Positions 39,790 through 53,195 are shown, counted from the first letter of the stretch. The stretch is 64,000 bases of DNA from Octopus sinensis (GCF_006345805.1 NC_043015.1:21452001-21516000), one strand, 5' to 3'. The notes: generated from the sequence alone by a model not told the origin. Numbers and translations: made by a program.

Positions 39790-42700
39790 CGTGTGTGTAT
39801 GGTGTGTGGTGTATACATATATATATATGTGTATATATATATATATATATATACACACACATACACACACACACGCACACACACGCACACACACACAGAC
39901 ACATGCACAGACACACACACACGCACACACACACACACAAACACACAAACACACACATATATATATATATAATATATATATATATATATAATATATAATG
40001 ATGAGACATGATGGTATGAAAAGAGAAGTCGAATATGATAGCGAGCGCAGAATACATATTAATGATAAGGACATCATAGAATATAGACAGTAGAAATCTC
40101 CAATACAAAAGCCACTCTATTGATTTATTCCTCTGTTCTTAATCGAGTAAATTATTCTTGCTAGCAATTAGAAGTATATATCATTATTTAAATCTAGTTC
40201 ATTGTTTCCACAATTGATTTAGTAATCAAAGAGATGAAATTTCAAATCCTATCGTGTAGACATATATGAAACAATATTATTTGAGATATACGTGGGCAAA
40301 ATGGCTGCGGGGTTACAGTGTCGGTTAGAAAATTGTGCTGTACGTTTCTTAGCTTTGCGCTATGACATCGAATTTTGCCTACGTTAACTTTGATTTTTTA
40401 AAATCTTTCCAGTTTAAAAAATAAAATAACTAGTAAATACTGGCCTTTATTACATTTCTGTTGCTCTCCGAGTCGATAACGGGTAGTGTAATGGGTTGTC
40501 TGAGACTGACCACAAGTAGACTCCGTTGTCCTGAATGGAGAGGTTTGAGCTGGAAACAGTAATGAACAAACGAAATATTAAAGTTGAATTTGCTTTTGGT
40601 GTTGTTCTGAAAGTTTTGCAAACATGACTAATGCATCAACATATTTTTGTATTTGGCTCTAAAACCAATGACTATAGAATGAAATGCATAATTTTAGAGG
40701 TATGATGCATCTAAATATGGAGATGTTGGCTACCATGCATTGATGGTTATCTCTTGTGATAGAGAGGCTCCATCATTTTGGATTTACTAATAATGAATCA
40801 TCATGTTGCTTTCGATAATATTAAATGCAAATGGACACTACTCGATACCTTTTGATATTTAGCTGGTCGATTCAACACTCTTCCCACAGCAGTGCCACTT
40901 GATAAAATATATTGATACAGAGAAATTATCTTATTTGGTTCAGAGATTTACGAATAAATTCAAACGTCGGTATTTGAAGGAAGAAACGAGACAAAGTTTC
41001 ATTCTTGAAACGTCAAATTTCATTCTCTTACAAAAGAATTGAGACTGAGAATGATCAATATATTTTGGCAGAAAGAGCAAGGAGACAGCGCATTCGTAGA
41101 TTAGAAGCAGGAGTATTTTAACGGGCGATTTCAGACAAATTGGTCGAATGATGCCCTTTTCTCGATAGTCTCAAGGAAGATTGTTTTGGTAGAAACAGCG
41201 CCGTCCCACGTTTGGGAGCAGTAGTCTAATGTTTTTGAAGCAAAATGAGGATGTCTATCACTGGCGAACTTTTACTTATTACTTGTGTATCAAAGGAACC
41301 AATTTTATAGAACGTCAATGCGTGTAGGAGCCACATTGCTGTCTTATATATGAGCGCAGTTCTCCCTTATTTTTGTATATAACATGAGATGCTTATGCCA
41401 AAACAGTTTTCTATCACATATATATACCTAATACTTCGGGAATGTCACTGTGTTTCGATCTTGCCCACGAATGCCGAAGTTAGTATTTATTCATAAACCT
41501 CTGAATCGAAGAAATTCATTTCTGTGCATTAATATATTATTAGAAGTGGAATTACCGTGGGAAGAAGGCTGGATCGACCAGCTAAATATCAAATGGTATC
41601 TAGCTGTGCCACTTTAGATTTAATATTATCAAATTCAAAATAACAGAGCCCCTCTATAACAAGATAGAACCATTAGTTAACTTCAGCCAACATTTCCGAG
41701 ATTAGATGTATCCTAACTCTAAAAAGCATGCATTTGATATATGTAATCTGAACTATTCTGCACTTCAAAACTACAACAATCACTTGTAAATATTCACAAG
41801 GAATGAAATTGTTTGTTATTTAAGCTGTTATATAATTCAAAATACTATTACAACCTGGGTAAAAGAAAAGTTTCCTGTTTTTAGTTGTTGATTGCAGCAT
41901 CAGATACACAGTAAAACAATTTCCTTCCTTTAAAGGAATATTATTTCTTTTGCGGTATTTTGTACGATTGGATAATGATAGAAAAGTAATAAATAGGATC
42001 ATTCTCTCAACTGGAACATGTGTGTCGATTCCAAAGTATTGGACACTTAAAACAAATTAAATGATTTGTTGAAGAATAAATAGTATGGCATTGAAGAGCA
42101 AGACGACAATTTATGCAATGATGTTGATGAACAGAATTAATATAAGTTCCACGATGCTGCTTGTGAGGCGGAGGACGAAGATGGTGTTGAAAACAAACCT
42201 GAGGGTGATGAGAATGACGATGCTTATAACGATAGCAATGATTGATCTTGATCGTGACTAGGAAGCAGAACATACAAAATACAATGCCTATTGCTGACGA
42301 CGATGATGGTGATGGTGATATGGCTGTTGTTCTTGATGATAGTGGTGGTGATGATGATGATGATGATGATGATGGCGATGTTGTTAAAAGTGATAGTGAT
42401 AGGGGAAAATTGAAGAGAATATTGATGGTCATCATCAACATCCCAATCTTCGTCGTCTTCATAGTTGCACTCTTCATCCTCGTCCTCATCGACGTCATTG
42501 TCGTCCTCCCACTCCTCCTCCTTCTCACTCGACTGACCCTTCCTAACAAGCTTCAAGCAAAATTATGGACGGTTAGCGCTTTATTCTCTGCCTTCACCTT
42601 CTTCTCCCAATGGAACTTGTGGATATTAAGAGAAAAATCCTCTGACGTTGGAAATATCCGTCTTAACTACGATTATCATGGTTATGAGGATGAAGACGAC

Positions 42701-43037
42701 GACGAGGACAATTAACGGGGTGAGATCAGCGGCAATAACAACCACATCAATATCCATCTCAAAGACTACTACTACAATGATGGTGATGATGATGATGATA
42801 AATTGCTATCCAGATTTTTGCTGCGTCCTTTTTATTTGAGGAACTTCTTAACTTTTTGAAATATTAGAATAGACGTTTAAACATAGAAATTGGAAGAAAA
42901 AATTGAAACTTTGTAAAAAATGTTTACAGAATTAGAAAAGAAAATATTTAAAATATTTTAATGAACGTGAAGATTCGTAGGTAGTACTGCTGACGATGAC
43001 AAAGATGATGATGATGATGATGAAGATGTTGGTGATA

Positions 43038-43090
<53 letters not shown>

Positions 43091-43278
43091 GATGATGATG
43101 ATGATGATGATTCCGATGACGAGGATGTGGACGAAGAGGATGACGAGAAAGATAAAAGTGATAAAAGAAAATGAATAAATTGCTAAATAGATAAGATTTA
43201 GAAAAAATAAGAACCGAATTTGTAAAAATGATGCGTTGGTTGAGAGAGTATAAAAGAAAATATACATAGATACATATA

Positions 43279-43530
43279 CGAGGTGGGATTAATAAGCAAA
43301 AACATGCAGAGTGAAGCCGCCAGGCAAAGATTGACCTTGACTTCCGCTGTGCATGTGCACTAGGTTTTGACGTTCTAGCTCACTTCCGCAGTTTACAGCA
43401 GTGCTTGGAAGGAAGGTGTGTGACGTGTGATAGTCGCATTGACCATAACAGAGAAAGTTGTCATAGCGATACCGGCTGGGAGGCCTACACAAGGTTGCCG
43501 AAAGTGTATGGAGAAGAATGCATGAACACT
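43279..43530 (+). mobile_element. Mariner 5' fragment (TIR plus transposase N-terminus remnant)
   Basis: TA|CGAGG terminus, and aaagtgtatggagaagaatgcatg encoding KVYGEECM. Confidence 0.7.
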
Positions 43531-44130
43531 GCTTCTCCTATGAAAACTTTGTTCTCTGCCACTTGAACTACTTCTCCCAACTATGGTCCCCAGAGAGTGT
43601 GAAACAAACTGTAGAACTCGAAGCAATCCAGCGCCAATACACAATGAAGACTGACTCGATGCAAAAGACGGGCTATTGGCTGAGGTTAAAGGAGCTGAGT
43701 CTATTCCCTGGAGAGAAGGCGAGAGAGATATGCGCTGATATATATATGGAAGATCTTGGAGGGTTTAACTCCCAATTGTGGAATTGACAACTATACAATT
43801 CCCTGAACTGTATGGCACTGCATCACAACAAAGATCCTGTTTTACTCATTTAAATAAGGACACACTACTGCAATAGTCTGGGTTTCAAGAGCCCGCAATT
43901 GTTCATCATCCTTCCAGGCAACCTTAGAGATCGACATGTTGTTGATATGTAAGTTTTCAAGGACCGTTTCAATAGGTTTCTATCTGATGAACCCACATCA
44001 CGGCAGGAGACGCAAAAAAGACTAGCTCTGTCCAAACCCCTACTTCACCCCAAAACAGTACCGGAAACAACACCGAGTAACTATAAGTGATGCCACAGCA
44101 TGACCTCAGCCTTGGGCTGAAACCAGTAAA
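43530..44130 (+). mobile_element. CR1/L2-type LINE 3' end
   Basis: ORF 43518: HLNYFSQLWSP...LEAIQRQYT...YWLRLKELSLF, then a frameshift to LERRRERYALIYIWKILEG. Confidence 0.85.
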
Positions 44131-44169
44131 AAAATGCATAAAATAAAATTTATATATATATATATTATT

Positions 44170-44465
44170 TTATTTGTAGTCTCAGTTAACTTCGGCCGTG
44201 CTTGAGCACGGCACAGCTTCGGCCATACTTGAACATGTTTTAGTCGAGCAAATCGACGTTAGGAAATAAACACACGATGCACATAAAGATACACACACAC
44301 ACACCCATATACAATGCGTTATTTAACTTTCTGTCTACCAAATCCACTCACAAGGGCCTGGTTTGCTCTAGACTATAGCAGAAGTCTCTTGCCGAATGTG
44401 GGGATTGAACCCAAAAACATATGGTTGGGAAGCAAACTTCCTAACACACAGCCACGCCTGAGCGT
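44170..44465 (-). mobile_element. tRNA-derived SINE (OK-like)
   Basis: ...ctaccaaatccactcacaagg...gggattgaaccc...tggttgggaagcaaacttcctaacacacagccacgcctg. Confidence 0.85.
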
Positions 44466-45106
44466 ATGGATGTATAAATATATATAGTTGTATAAATGTA
44501 TACCTATATATATATATGTTTATGTATAGGTATATCTATATCTATAACTATATATCCCGTCGTACATATATATATAATATATATATATATATTATAATAT
44601 ATATATATATATTCTGTGTGTGTGTATATCCTTGTGTCTCTGTGTTTGTCCCCGCAACATCACTTGACAGCCGATGTTGGTGTGTTTGCGTCTAAAGGCG
44701 GTTCTCCAGTACAGTATGGCCGCTGTCAAATGACTGAAACAAGTAAAGAGAGAGTAAAAAAGATATATATATATATATATATTTATATTTACTCTCTCAT
44801 TTACTTGTTTCAGTCATTATATATATATATAATATAATATATTATATATATATACACACACATATACATGCAAACTTACACACACGTACGCGTGCGCACA
44901 CTCATCCCATATATGTATGTAAATATGGAGCCGATACCTTTACAAAAATGCGTAGACTGTTAATCTCATTTTTCTTTTATATTAACAGTTAATTATACAG
45001 CATAATTTTTAGTTAAAATGACCGGCACTTATTTCTACACACCATGTACCGTATGCAACCCACAATGGCGTAATATTTCTTCCTCTCTCTCTATCTGTCT
45101 CTCTGT

Positions 45107-45158
<52 letters not shown>

Positions 45159-45961
45159 ATATATATTATATATATTATATATATAATATGCGTGCTCGTA
45201 GTTCTGTGCTCGTAGTTCATTTGTATGTATGTGTGTGCGTGTGTGTCGCCTGTTAAAATATATATATATACACACATACATATATATGCGTGCTCGTGGT
45301 TCTGTGTATTTGTATGTGTGTGTGTGTGTGCAAGCGTTTGTGTTTGTGTGTGCGTGTGTGTTGCCTGTTGAAATACATAGAGATTGATATACATAATACC
45401 CAACAGAATAAGATCAACATTAGCAAAATGAAGTACAAAGGAACAGAAGACAGACAATAAATAGCAAAATGGAAATGTAAATAAATCTAAAGAAGAACAG
45501 AAGGGAAAAAAGTGGTTTGGAGAGAGAAAAAGTAAGGAGAATAGATGAGGGTAAAGTAGAAGATATAAAAGTAAATAGAGAGAGGGTTAGAAGAGAGAAA
45601 GAAAAAGATAGAGGTAAGAAGTTAGTGAGAGGGACAGAGAGAGAATGTGAGGACTAAAATGGACAGAAGAGAATGAAAAAGCGATAAAAGAAGGAAATAT
45701 GTTGTCAGAAGCGAGGTGAAAGATGTGAATTTGTATGAAGACAACAAAATGTTTGCTCGAACACAAAACGCCTTTCAGACTTCATGTCTGAAGACAAGCA
45801 TTGGCTCCATAAGTCTTTCAGGTTTTTTTCGTTTTTTGCAAATATTTGTTGGCTTCGCATTTTTGGCTGGATGTAGTTGGTTATGTGCGTAATGTTTTTA
45901 TAGATGCGCAAACTAATGCATGCAAACACACACACACACACACACTCATATACATGCAGAC

Positions 45962-46013
<52 letters not shown>

Positions 46014-46096
46014 TTCTATATGTATTAGAGATAAAAAGACATGAATATACGTAGCATATGTATTATATATATATATATTATCTGTATGTATTTATA

Positions 46097-46159
<63 letters not shown>

Positions 46160-46187
46160 ATATCTATTATATTATATATATTATATA

Positions 46188-46232
<45 letters not shown>

Positions 46233-47786
46233 ATGTATATGTACTGATCTCGAATCTGTTCTCACTCTACCTCCACTTGATAATATTTCACTTTTTCAAA
46301 GGTTTTGCTTCCCTTCCTCTACGTTATTTTATTATTGCTCATATATATTTTAAATATTGTTTTGTAAAATTGATATTTTATATTCATTAAATTTTTTTCT
46401 TTTAATAAATTCTTTTTTCTTGCCTTTCTCCCTTTCTCTCCCATCCTCGACGTAAAGATATCTGGCTTCCTATTCGAAATGTATGTCTCCACTTAATCCA
46501 GGTAGGATTAGTAATGCACATAAGCTGTAGATCTTAGAAGTTCCCGACTCCCCCTCCTCTATGAAAAACATCATCTTATTTAAAATTATTCTTACAAACA
46601 ATATTAACAACATAATCATCACCACCAGCCCCACCATCCACTTCTTTGACGACACCTTATTCAGTTTTTTTTTGTATTATTTCTGCCAGCCTTTCCGTGT
46701 AACATTTTGGCTATGCAATTGTATGCAACCCTCTGGCAGTAAATAATGGTCGGTTACAATATTAGTTTCTAATTTCGTTACAACCTCAGCATATTTGTAT
46801 AGACATGTTGGTGTCTCCCTGTACAAGTTGTAAATAACGTGGTTTTATCCGCTGGCAGATATAATCACCGATCAGCAAACAATATGTTCGTTGAAAGTAT
46901 AAACAAAGCCAGCGGCTAGGATTAGGATCAGAGTTCCGGCTATTTCTGGAAGATGAGAGGCAACATATCAACACAACGGTTGATGCAGTGCATCAATGCA
47001 GTGTATCAAAGCAGAACATCAATGAAACGAGTATATTGGACATACTATAGCGGCATAAGCAGTCAGCGCCATATTGGATGAGATCTCGCGGCAGCCATTG
47101 CCATCTCCGAGACTAGAGCGAGACCTCACCTGCATCCATTTGCTATGCGCGAGATCACAACGAGGCTCCCGATAGCAAACTGGATATAAGTGTCCAATAA
47201 AAACAGATTCATTCTCTTCTCATCACAAGCGCTTGCTGAGCACATTTCACTGGCTGGGTCTCCAAGCTAGTCCCGTCTGCATGTTGTATCTCCAGAGACA
47301 ATGGGTCTGTATTAACGGAGATACAACGAAATGCAGGCAGCTTGAGATTGTATGCTGAGAGCAACACACTTCATCCATTCTGTAAAACTTTTAAATAAAC
47401 CGGTTGTGAATTGCATTTGTACTTAAAGCCTTCTTTCTTCGCCTGGCAGAGTCTGAACTACATGAAGAACAATATTTAATGGGAGAAGGCGATATTCACC
47501 CGATATCTTAAACCTTGTCTCCTATTATAATACTGTCTTTTGTAGAATGGAGAAGTTATCCTTCTATGACGTGAGCAACAACGTCCAGTATATTTTAAAT
47601 CTGTATATTTCGAATCTTCCCAGACGTGTCAAGAACATATGCAAATGATAGTATGAATATGTTATAATATATATATATATATAGATATATATATTATATA
47701 TATTATATATAATAAAGTGATTGTTTCTTATCAGGAACAAGATGTTTAATAGGACTGCTATAGGAGTGCTAAATTAAATGAGACAA

Positions 47787-48324
47787 ATATATTAAACTAT
47801 GGGTGCAGAACCAACAAATATAAGGTCATCCACGTAACATTTCATATCTCGAACTTTTAATCACATAATACTTTTTCTTTCACATAGAATATACATGCAT
47901 AAAATCACGGAAGATGAAACACAACTCATCAAAACAAGCTTATGAGAAAAATATAAGAAAAATGTGTGAATACAATCCATCGCGGTTGAACATTAATGAT
48001 TAATACTTTAGCGACTAAAAAATATATATTTTAACATTATAACATCTAGAATAAGAAATATATAAAAATATAAAGAAATATATATTTTTTAGTCGCAAAA
48101 GTATTAATCATTAATGTTCAACCGCGATGGATTGTATTCACACATTTTTCTTATATTTTTCTCATAAGCTTGTTTTGATGAGTTGTGTTTCATCTTCCGT
48201 GATTTTATGCATGTACATTCTATGTGAAAGATAAAGTATTATGTGATTAAATGTTCGAGACATGAAATATTACGTGGATGACCTTATTATATATTGTTTG
48301 TTCTGCAACCATAAATTTATATAT
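47787..48324. repeat. Long inverted repeat (~245-bp arms, ~43-bp AT-rich spacer)
   Basis: For example gtgaatacaatccatcgcggttgaacattaatgattaatact versus agtattaatcattaatgttcaaccgcgatggattgtattcac. Pairing continues outward to tatgggtgcagaa / ttctgcaaccata. Confidence 0.95.
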
Positions 48325-48325
48325 A

Positions 48326-48402
<77 letters not shown>

Positions 48403-48405
<3 letters not shown>

Positions 48406-48680
48406 ATAAATCCCCAAAATATAACAAGAAGGCAACAGACGATGGTGAAACATCCGGACTGATAGATGATACGAAGACGGAAAAGAAAAACAACAAAAAG
48501 ACTGAGAGGAGAGAACAAAGACGGGCAATTCCTGGCCTTCTCTACTCAGTCAAGTTTTCGGATTATACTTAGAGTTCCGCCGGTGAAGTCCGTCCTTGTT
48601 ATTTTTCCTATCCGTCTATCTGTCCAGAAGTTTCTTGACGTCTGTTGCGTTCTTGTTCTTCTTTTTTGTGGATTTATATA
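48403..48680. repeat. Imperfect inverted repeat (~90-100-bp arms)
   Basis: tataaatccccaaaatataacaagaaggcaacagacg versus cgtctgttgcgttcttgttcttcttttttgtggatttata. Confidence 0.75.
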
Positions 48681-48785
48681 TACATATAGCGACGTACGTA
48701 CACTTTTCCTCGCCTTATGTATATAAATACATATGTATATATCAATTTCCTTAACTATTATATTCTTATTTGCATACCCGGAAAC

Positions 48786-48885
48786 NNNNNNNNNNNNNNN
48801 NNNNNNNNNNNNNNNNNNNNNNNNNNNNNNNNNNNNNNNNNNNNNNNNNNNNNNNNNNNNNNNNNNNNNNNNNNNNNNNNNNNNN
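48786..48885. other. Assembly gap (100 N)
   Basis: Exactly 100 consecutive N, typical of a scaffold join of unknown size. Confidence 0.99.
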
Positions 48886-50032
48886 CAGATCAAGTAAAAA
48901 TGAGAGAGAGAGAGAGACAAAAAGAGAGTCGTATCAATTATTAAGAATATGTGTTCACATTAATGATAAAGGGTTACGGGGCGCCTGGGAATATATGTTA
49001 AGTATGTAGAAAAATACAACATGGACAAGAACGTATAACTCTTAGAAGACGACACATAAACATGGACAGGACATTCGAACCCCTCAGTCTTCAGTCAAGA
49101 ACCGGATCATCGTAGTAATTTCGGCTGATTAATCTTGAGATTACTAGATCACGGCCGCCCTCCAAGAAAAACTAAGCAACGAGCATTAGAAAAACTAAGC
49201 TGGAAGCGTAGATTTCCTGGAAGAAGGATCGAATGCATACGAACACCAGGACAGCAAAAGGGACAGATATAAAAAAACAAAAAAACAAAAAACAATAATG
49301 GAATACAGAAACATGAAATACAGAAGCATTAACGGTGAAAACAACAAGTGTCTTACGACTGATAACAAGCAAACAAATTTTTTTCTCTGGCGCATTGGAA
49401 AAAGCCTTTATAGCGGCGGACGAAAAACAACGATGTTAACACGACGAGGGTCAGGAGCTGAAAGGCAGATTTCGGCCAACAGTCACGTGACAGAGAAGAG
49501 GGAAAAAGATATATACATATATTAGAAGATACTTGCACATTGTACTACGCAGCCAAACGAAATCCAAGAAGATGTGGTTGGGAAGAAACTTCTTACCACG
49601 GAGCCACGCCTATTCCTACATATATACATTTTTCTTTGAAAATAAACCAAGTCATCTTATCACAGATACACATTTTTTATGAAACCTAATATTTTGACAG
49701 ATACACTCTCCCTTCCTCGACCTTGTCATTGAATTTTTTTATTCAGCTTTAAAATTTAATATAACGAATTTTTTCTCAGTTTATGTTGCTTTGATACCTG
49801 ATATATAAGACGCTCAGCTATCATGGGATGAGATGTATGTTCTTAGATTCCACGTCTCATCCGTTGTCTCTTTGAAACCGATCGATTTCAAGGACTATTT
49901 GTATTTACGTATACTCATCTGCATTTACACCACACACACACATAAATATATATAAAAGTATGTATATATATATATATATATAGATATATATATAATATAT
50001 AGATATATATATATACTATTATATATAATATA

Positions 50033-50109
<77 letters not shown>

Positions 50110-50257
50110 CATATATGTATATTGTATATATATATATATACTACCTATATATATATAAATATGATTGTATATGTGTATATACATATATACATATATACAT
50201 ATATGTATGTATATATTTATATATATGTAGGTTGTGTGTGTATATATATATATATAT

Positions 50258-50319
<62 letters not shown>

Positions 50320-50322
<3 letters not shown>

Positions 50323-50792
50323 CATATATATATCTATATACATATATTGTAAGGTCGATATAGACACATAATCTATCAATATATCTATTGATTTATCTAT
50401 ATGTATATCTATCAGTCTGCCCGCCCGTGTGTCCGTCCCTATGTCGCTCTGCTGTCTATCTATCTATCTATCTATCTATCTATTTATCGATCTATAAATT
50501 CATATATTCCTTTATTCATTTATTGTTTCAGTAGTTTGACTGCGGCCATACTGGAGCACTGCCTTTAGTCGAACTAATCGACACCATGACATATTCTATG
50601 TTATCCTTGTACTTATTCTATCGTCTCTTATGACGAACCGCTAATTTACAGGGGAGGGGTAAACACACCAGCATCTTTGTCAAAAACGTTGAGTGGACAA
50701 ACAGAGACCACAAACATATACACACCTATATACATACATATATACGTACATACATACATACATATATATTAATAATATATACATATATATAT

Positions 50793-50862
<70 letters not shown>

Positions 50863-51053
50863 ATACAATAAATGCGACGGTCTTCTTTCAGTGTCCATCT
50901 ACCAGATCCACTCACAAGGCTTTGGTCGGCTCGAGGCTGTAGTAGAATACACTCTTCCAAGAGGCCACGCAGTGGAACTGAACCTGTAACCATGTTGTTA
51001 GTAAGAAAGCTACTTACAATCCAGGCACTATTGCGCCTATGGTTACTTCTGTG

Positions 51054-51092
<39 letters not shown>

Positions 51093-51816
51093 TACAAAAT
51101 TAGAAATGGAGAAACATACTTAAATCAATAAAACATCAACTATCAGAATGATACCCAATCAATACTTTATTACACCATTACATATCAGTAAAGGCATTAT
51201 ACAAAATATATAGTAAATGTAAATAGACAAAGAGATATACGTATAAAATTTCAAATATAATATGTAATTTAAATCAAATTAATTTCAACCCCTATCTCAT
51301 TTATAACCTATATATATAGATATATATATAATATATAATATATATAATATATATATATACATACATATATATATCTATATACATATATTGTAAGGTCGAT
51401 ATAGACACATAATCTATCAATATATCTATTGATTTATCTATATGTATATCTATCAGTCTGCCCGCCCGTGTGTCCGTCCCTATGTCGCTCTGTCTGTCTA
51501 TCTATCTATCTATCTATCTATCTATTTATCGATCTATAAATTCATATATTCCTTTATTCATTTATTTGTTTCAGTAGTTTGACTGCGGCCATACTGGAGC
51601 ACTGCCTTTAGTCGAACTAATCGACACCATGACATATTCTATGTTATCCTTGTACTTATTCTATCGGTCTCTTATGACGAACCGCTAATTTACAGGGGAG
51701 GTAAACACACCAGCATCTTTGTCAAAAAACGTTGAGTGGACAAACAGAGACACACAAACATATACACACCTATATACATACATATATACGTACATACATA
51801 CATACATATATATATA

Positions 51817-51908
<92 letters not shown>

Positions 51909-52089
51909 AATGCGACGGTCTTCTTTCAGTGTCCATCTACCAGATCCACTCACAAGGCTTTTGTCGGCTCGGGCTGTAGTAGATACACTCTTCCAAGAGG
52001 CCACGCAGTGGAACTGAACCTGTAACCATGTTGTTAGTAAGAAAGCTACTTACAATCCAGGCACTATTGCGCCTATGGTTACTTCTGTG

Positions 52090-52128
<39 letters not shown>

Positions 52129-52370
52129 TACAAAATTAGAAATGGAGAAACATACTTAAATCAATAAAACATCAACTATCAGATGATACCCAATCAATAC
52201 TTTATTACACCATTACATATCAGTAAAGGCATTATACAAAATATATAGTAAATGTAAATAGACAAAGAGATATACGTATAAAATTTCAAATATAATATGT
52301 AATTAAATCAAATCAAATTTCAACCCCTATCTCATCCTATATATTATTTAACCTATATAATATATATTAT
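50320..52370. repeat. Tandem duplication, ~1040-bp unit x2, each containing a minus-strand OK-like SINE
   Basis: gtaaggtcgatatagacac starts at 50349 and at 51390, and the copies stay co-linear to aatttcaacccctatctcat. Confidence 0.95.
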
Positions 52371-52387
52371 ATATATATATATATATA

Positions 52388-52429
<42 letters not shown>

Positions 52430-52751
52430 GAAAATCTGTTCGAATGTATTTTGCTTGAAAATCAGCAAATGTATTTTGCTTGAAAATCTATATATGAATA
52501 TCCTGCAGAGTGAGAATTCGTCGAGGAAGCGGAAGCCTACCACACGCCGACGATAGGCAAACACCTTGAAACCATGGTCCGTGTGTGGTTTCCGCTTCAT
52601 CGGGGATTACCTCCCTTTGCAGGTTAAAGGACACCGTGACGGTGTCGGGCCTTTCTGGTGACGTCGATGTTCGCCTGGGGCTAATGCAACAGTAACACCC
52701 CCACCACCCTGCCCTGTCCCTATCCATATTCAGATGGCTTTAGTCCCTTGT

Positions 52752-52797
<46 letters not shown>

Positions 52798-52879
52798 TAT
52801 TTATTATTATTATATATGTATATATATATGTTGTGTGTATGTGTGCGTGCTTTTGTGTGTGTGCGCGCGTACGTGTGTG

Positions 52880-53195
52880 CGTAGCAGGCGTGGCATTTGG
52901 GAAATTGTCTTCTGCGGTAGCTGCGGCCCGGCCAAAGCATTGTGAATGGATTTGCTGGATGGAAATTGAAAGAAGACTGTCAAGTAAATGTATATATTCG
53001 TGTGTTTGTCCCCCAATCATCGCTTGACAACCGATATTGTTGTGTTTACCTCTCCATAACAGAGCGGTTCGGTAAAAGTCACCAGTAAGTACTACGCTTA
53101 CAAAGAATAAGTCCAGTGTTCTATATTTTCGACTAAAAGGCGTTACTCCGGAATGGCCACTGTCAAAACGACTGAAAGAAATAAAAGGATAATTA
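52880..53195 (+). mobile_element. Degraded OK-like SINE
   Basis: ...ggccaaagcattgtgaatggatttg...catcgcttgacaaccgat...aagaataagtcc...gactgaaagaaataaaagg. Confidence 0.8.

Noticed and set aside
42007-43267. Acidic or hydrophobic low-complexity ORFs (157-180 aa)
   Set aside because: They are built from degenerate (GAT/CAT/GAC)n runs and are open in several frames and on both strands. No domain or splice support was found.
47063-47226. Box C (gtgatga) and box D (ctga) motifs on the minus strand suggesting a C/D snoRNA
   Set aside because: No convincing terminal stem next to the boxes, and such short motifs arise by chance. The region is reported only as an unclassified structured island.
47430-47600. 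Two plus-strand acceptor-like sites followed by short open frames (ESELHEEQYLMGEGDIHPIS*; MEKLSFYDVSNNVQ)
   Set aside because: They are short and unrecognised, with no upstream partner exons identifiable.
49482-49491. Perfect GTCACGTGAC palindrome (E-box/CLEAR-like)
   Set aside because: A single 10-mer without promoter context is plausible by chance in 64 kb.
52443-52488. aatgtattttgcttgaaaatc repeated twice
   Set aside because: A simple ~25-bp slippage duplication with no further structure.
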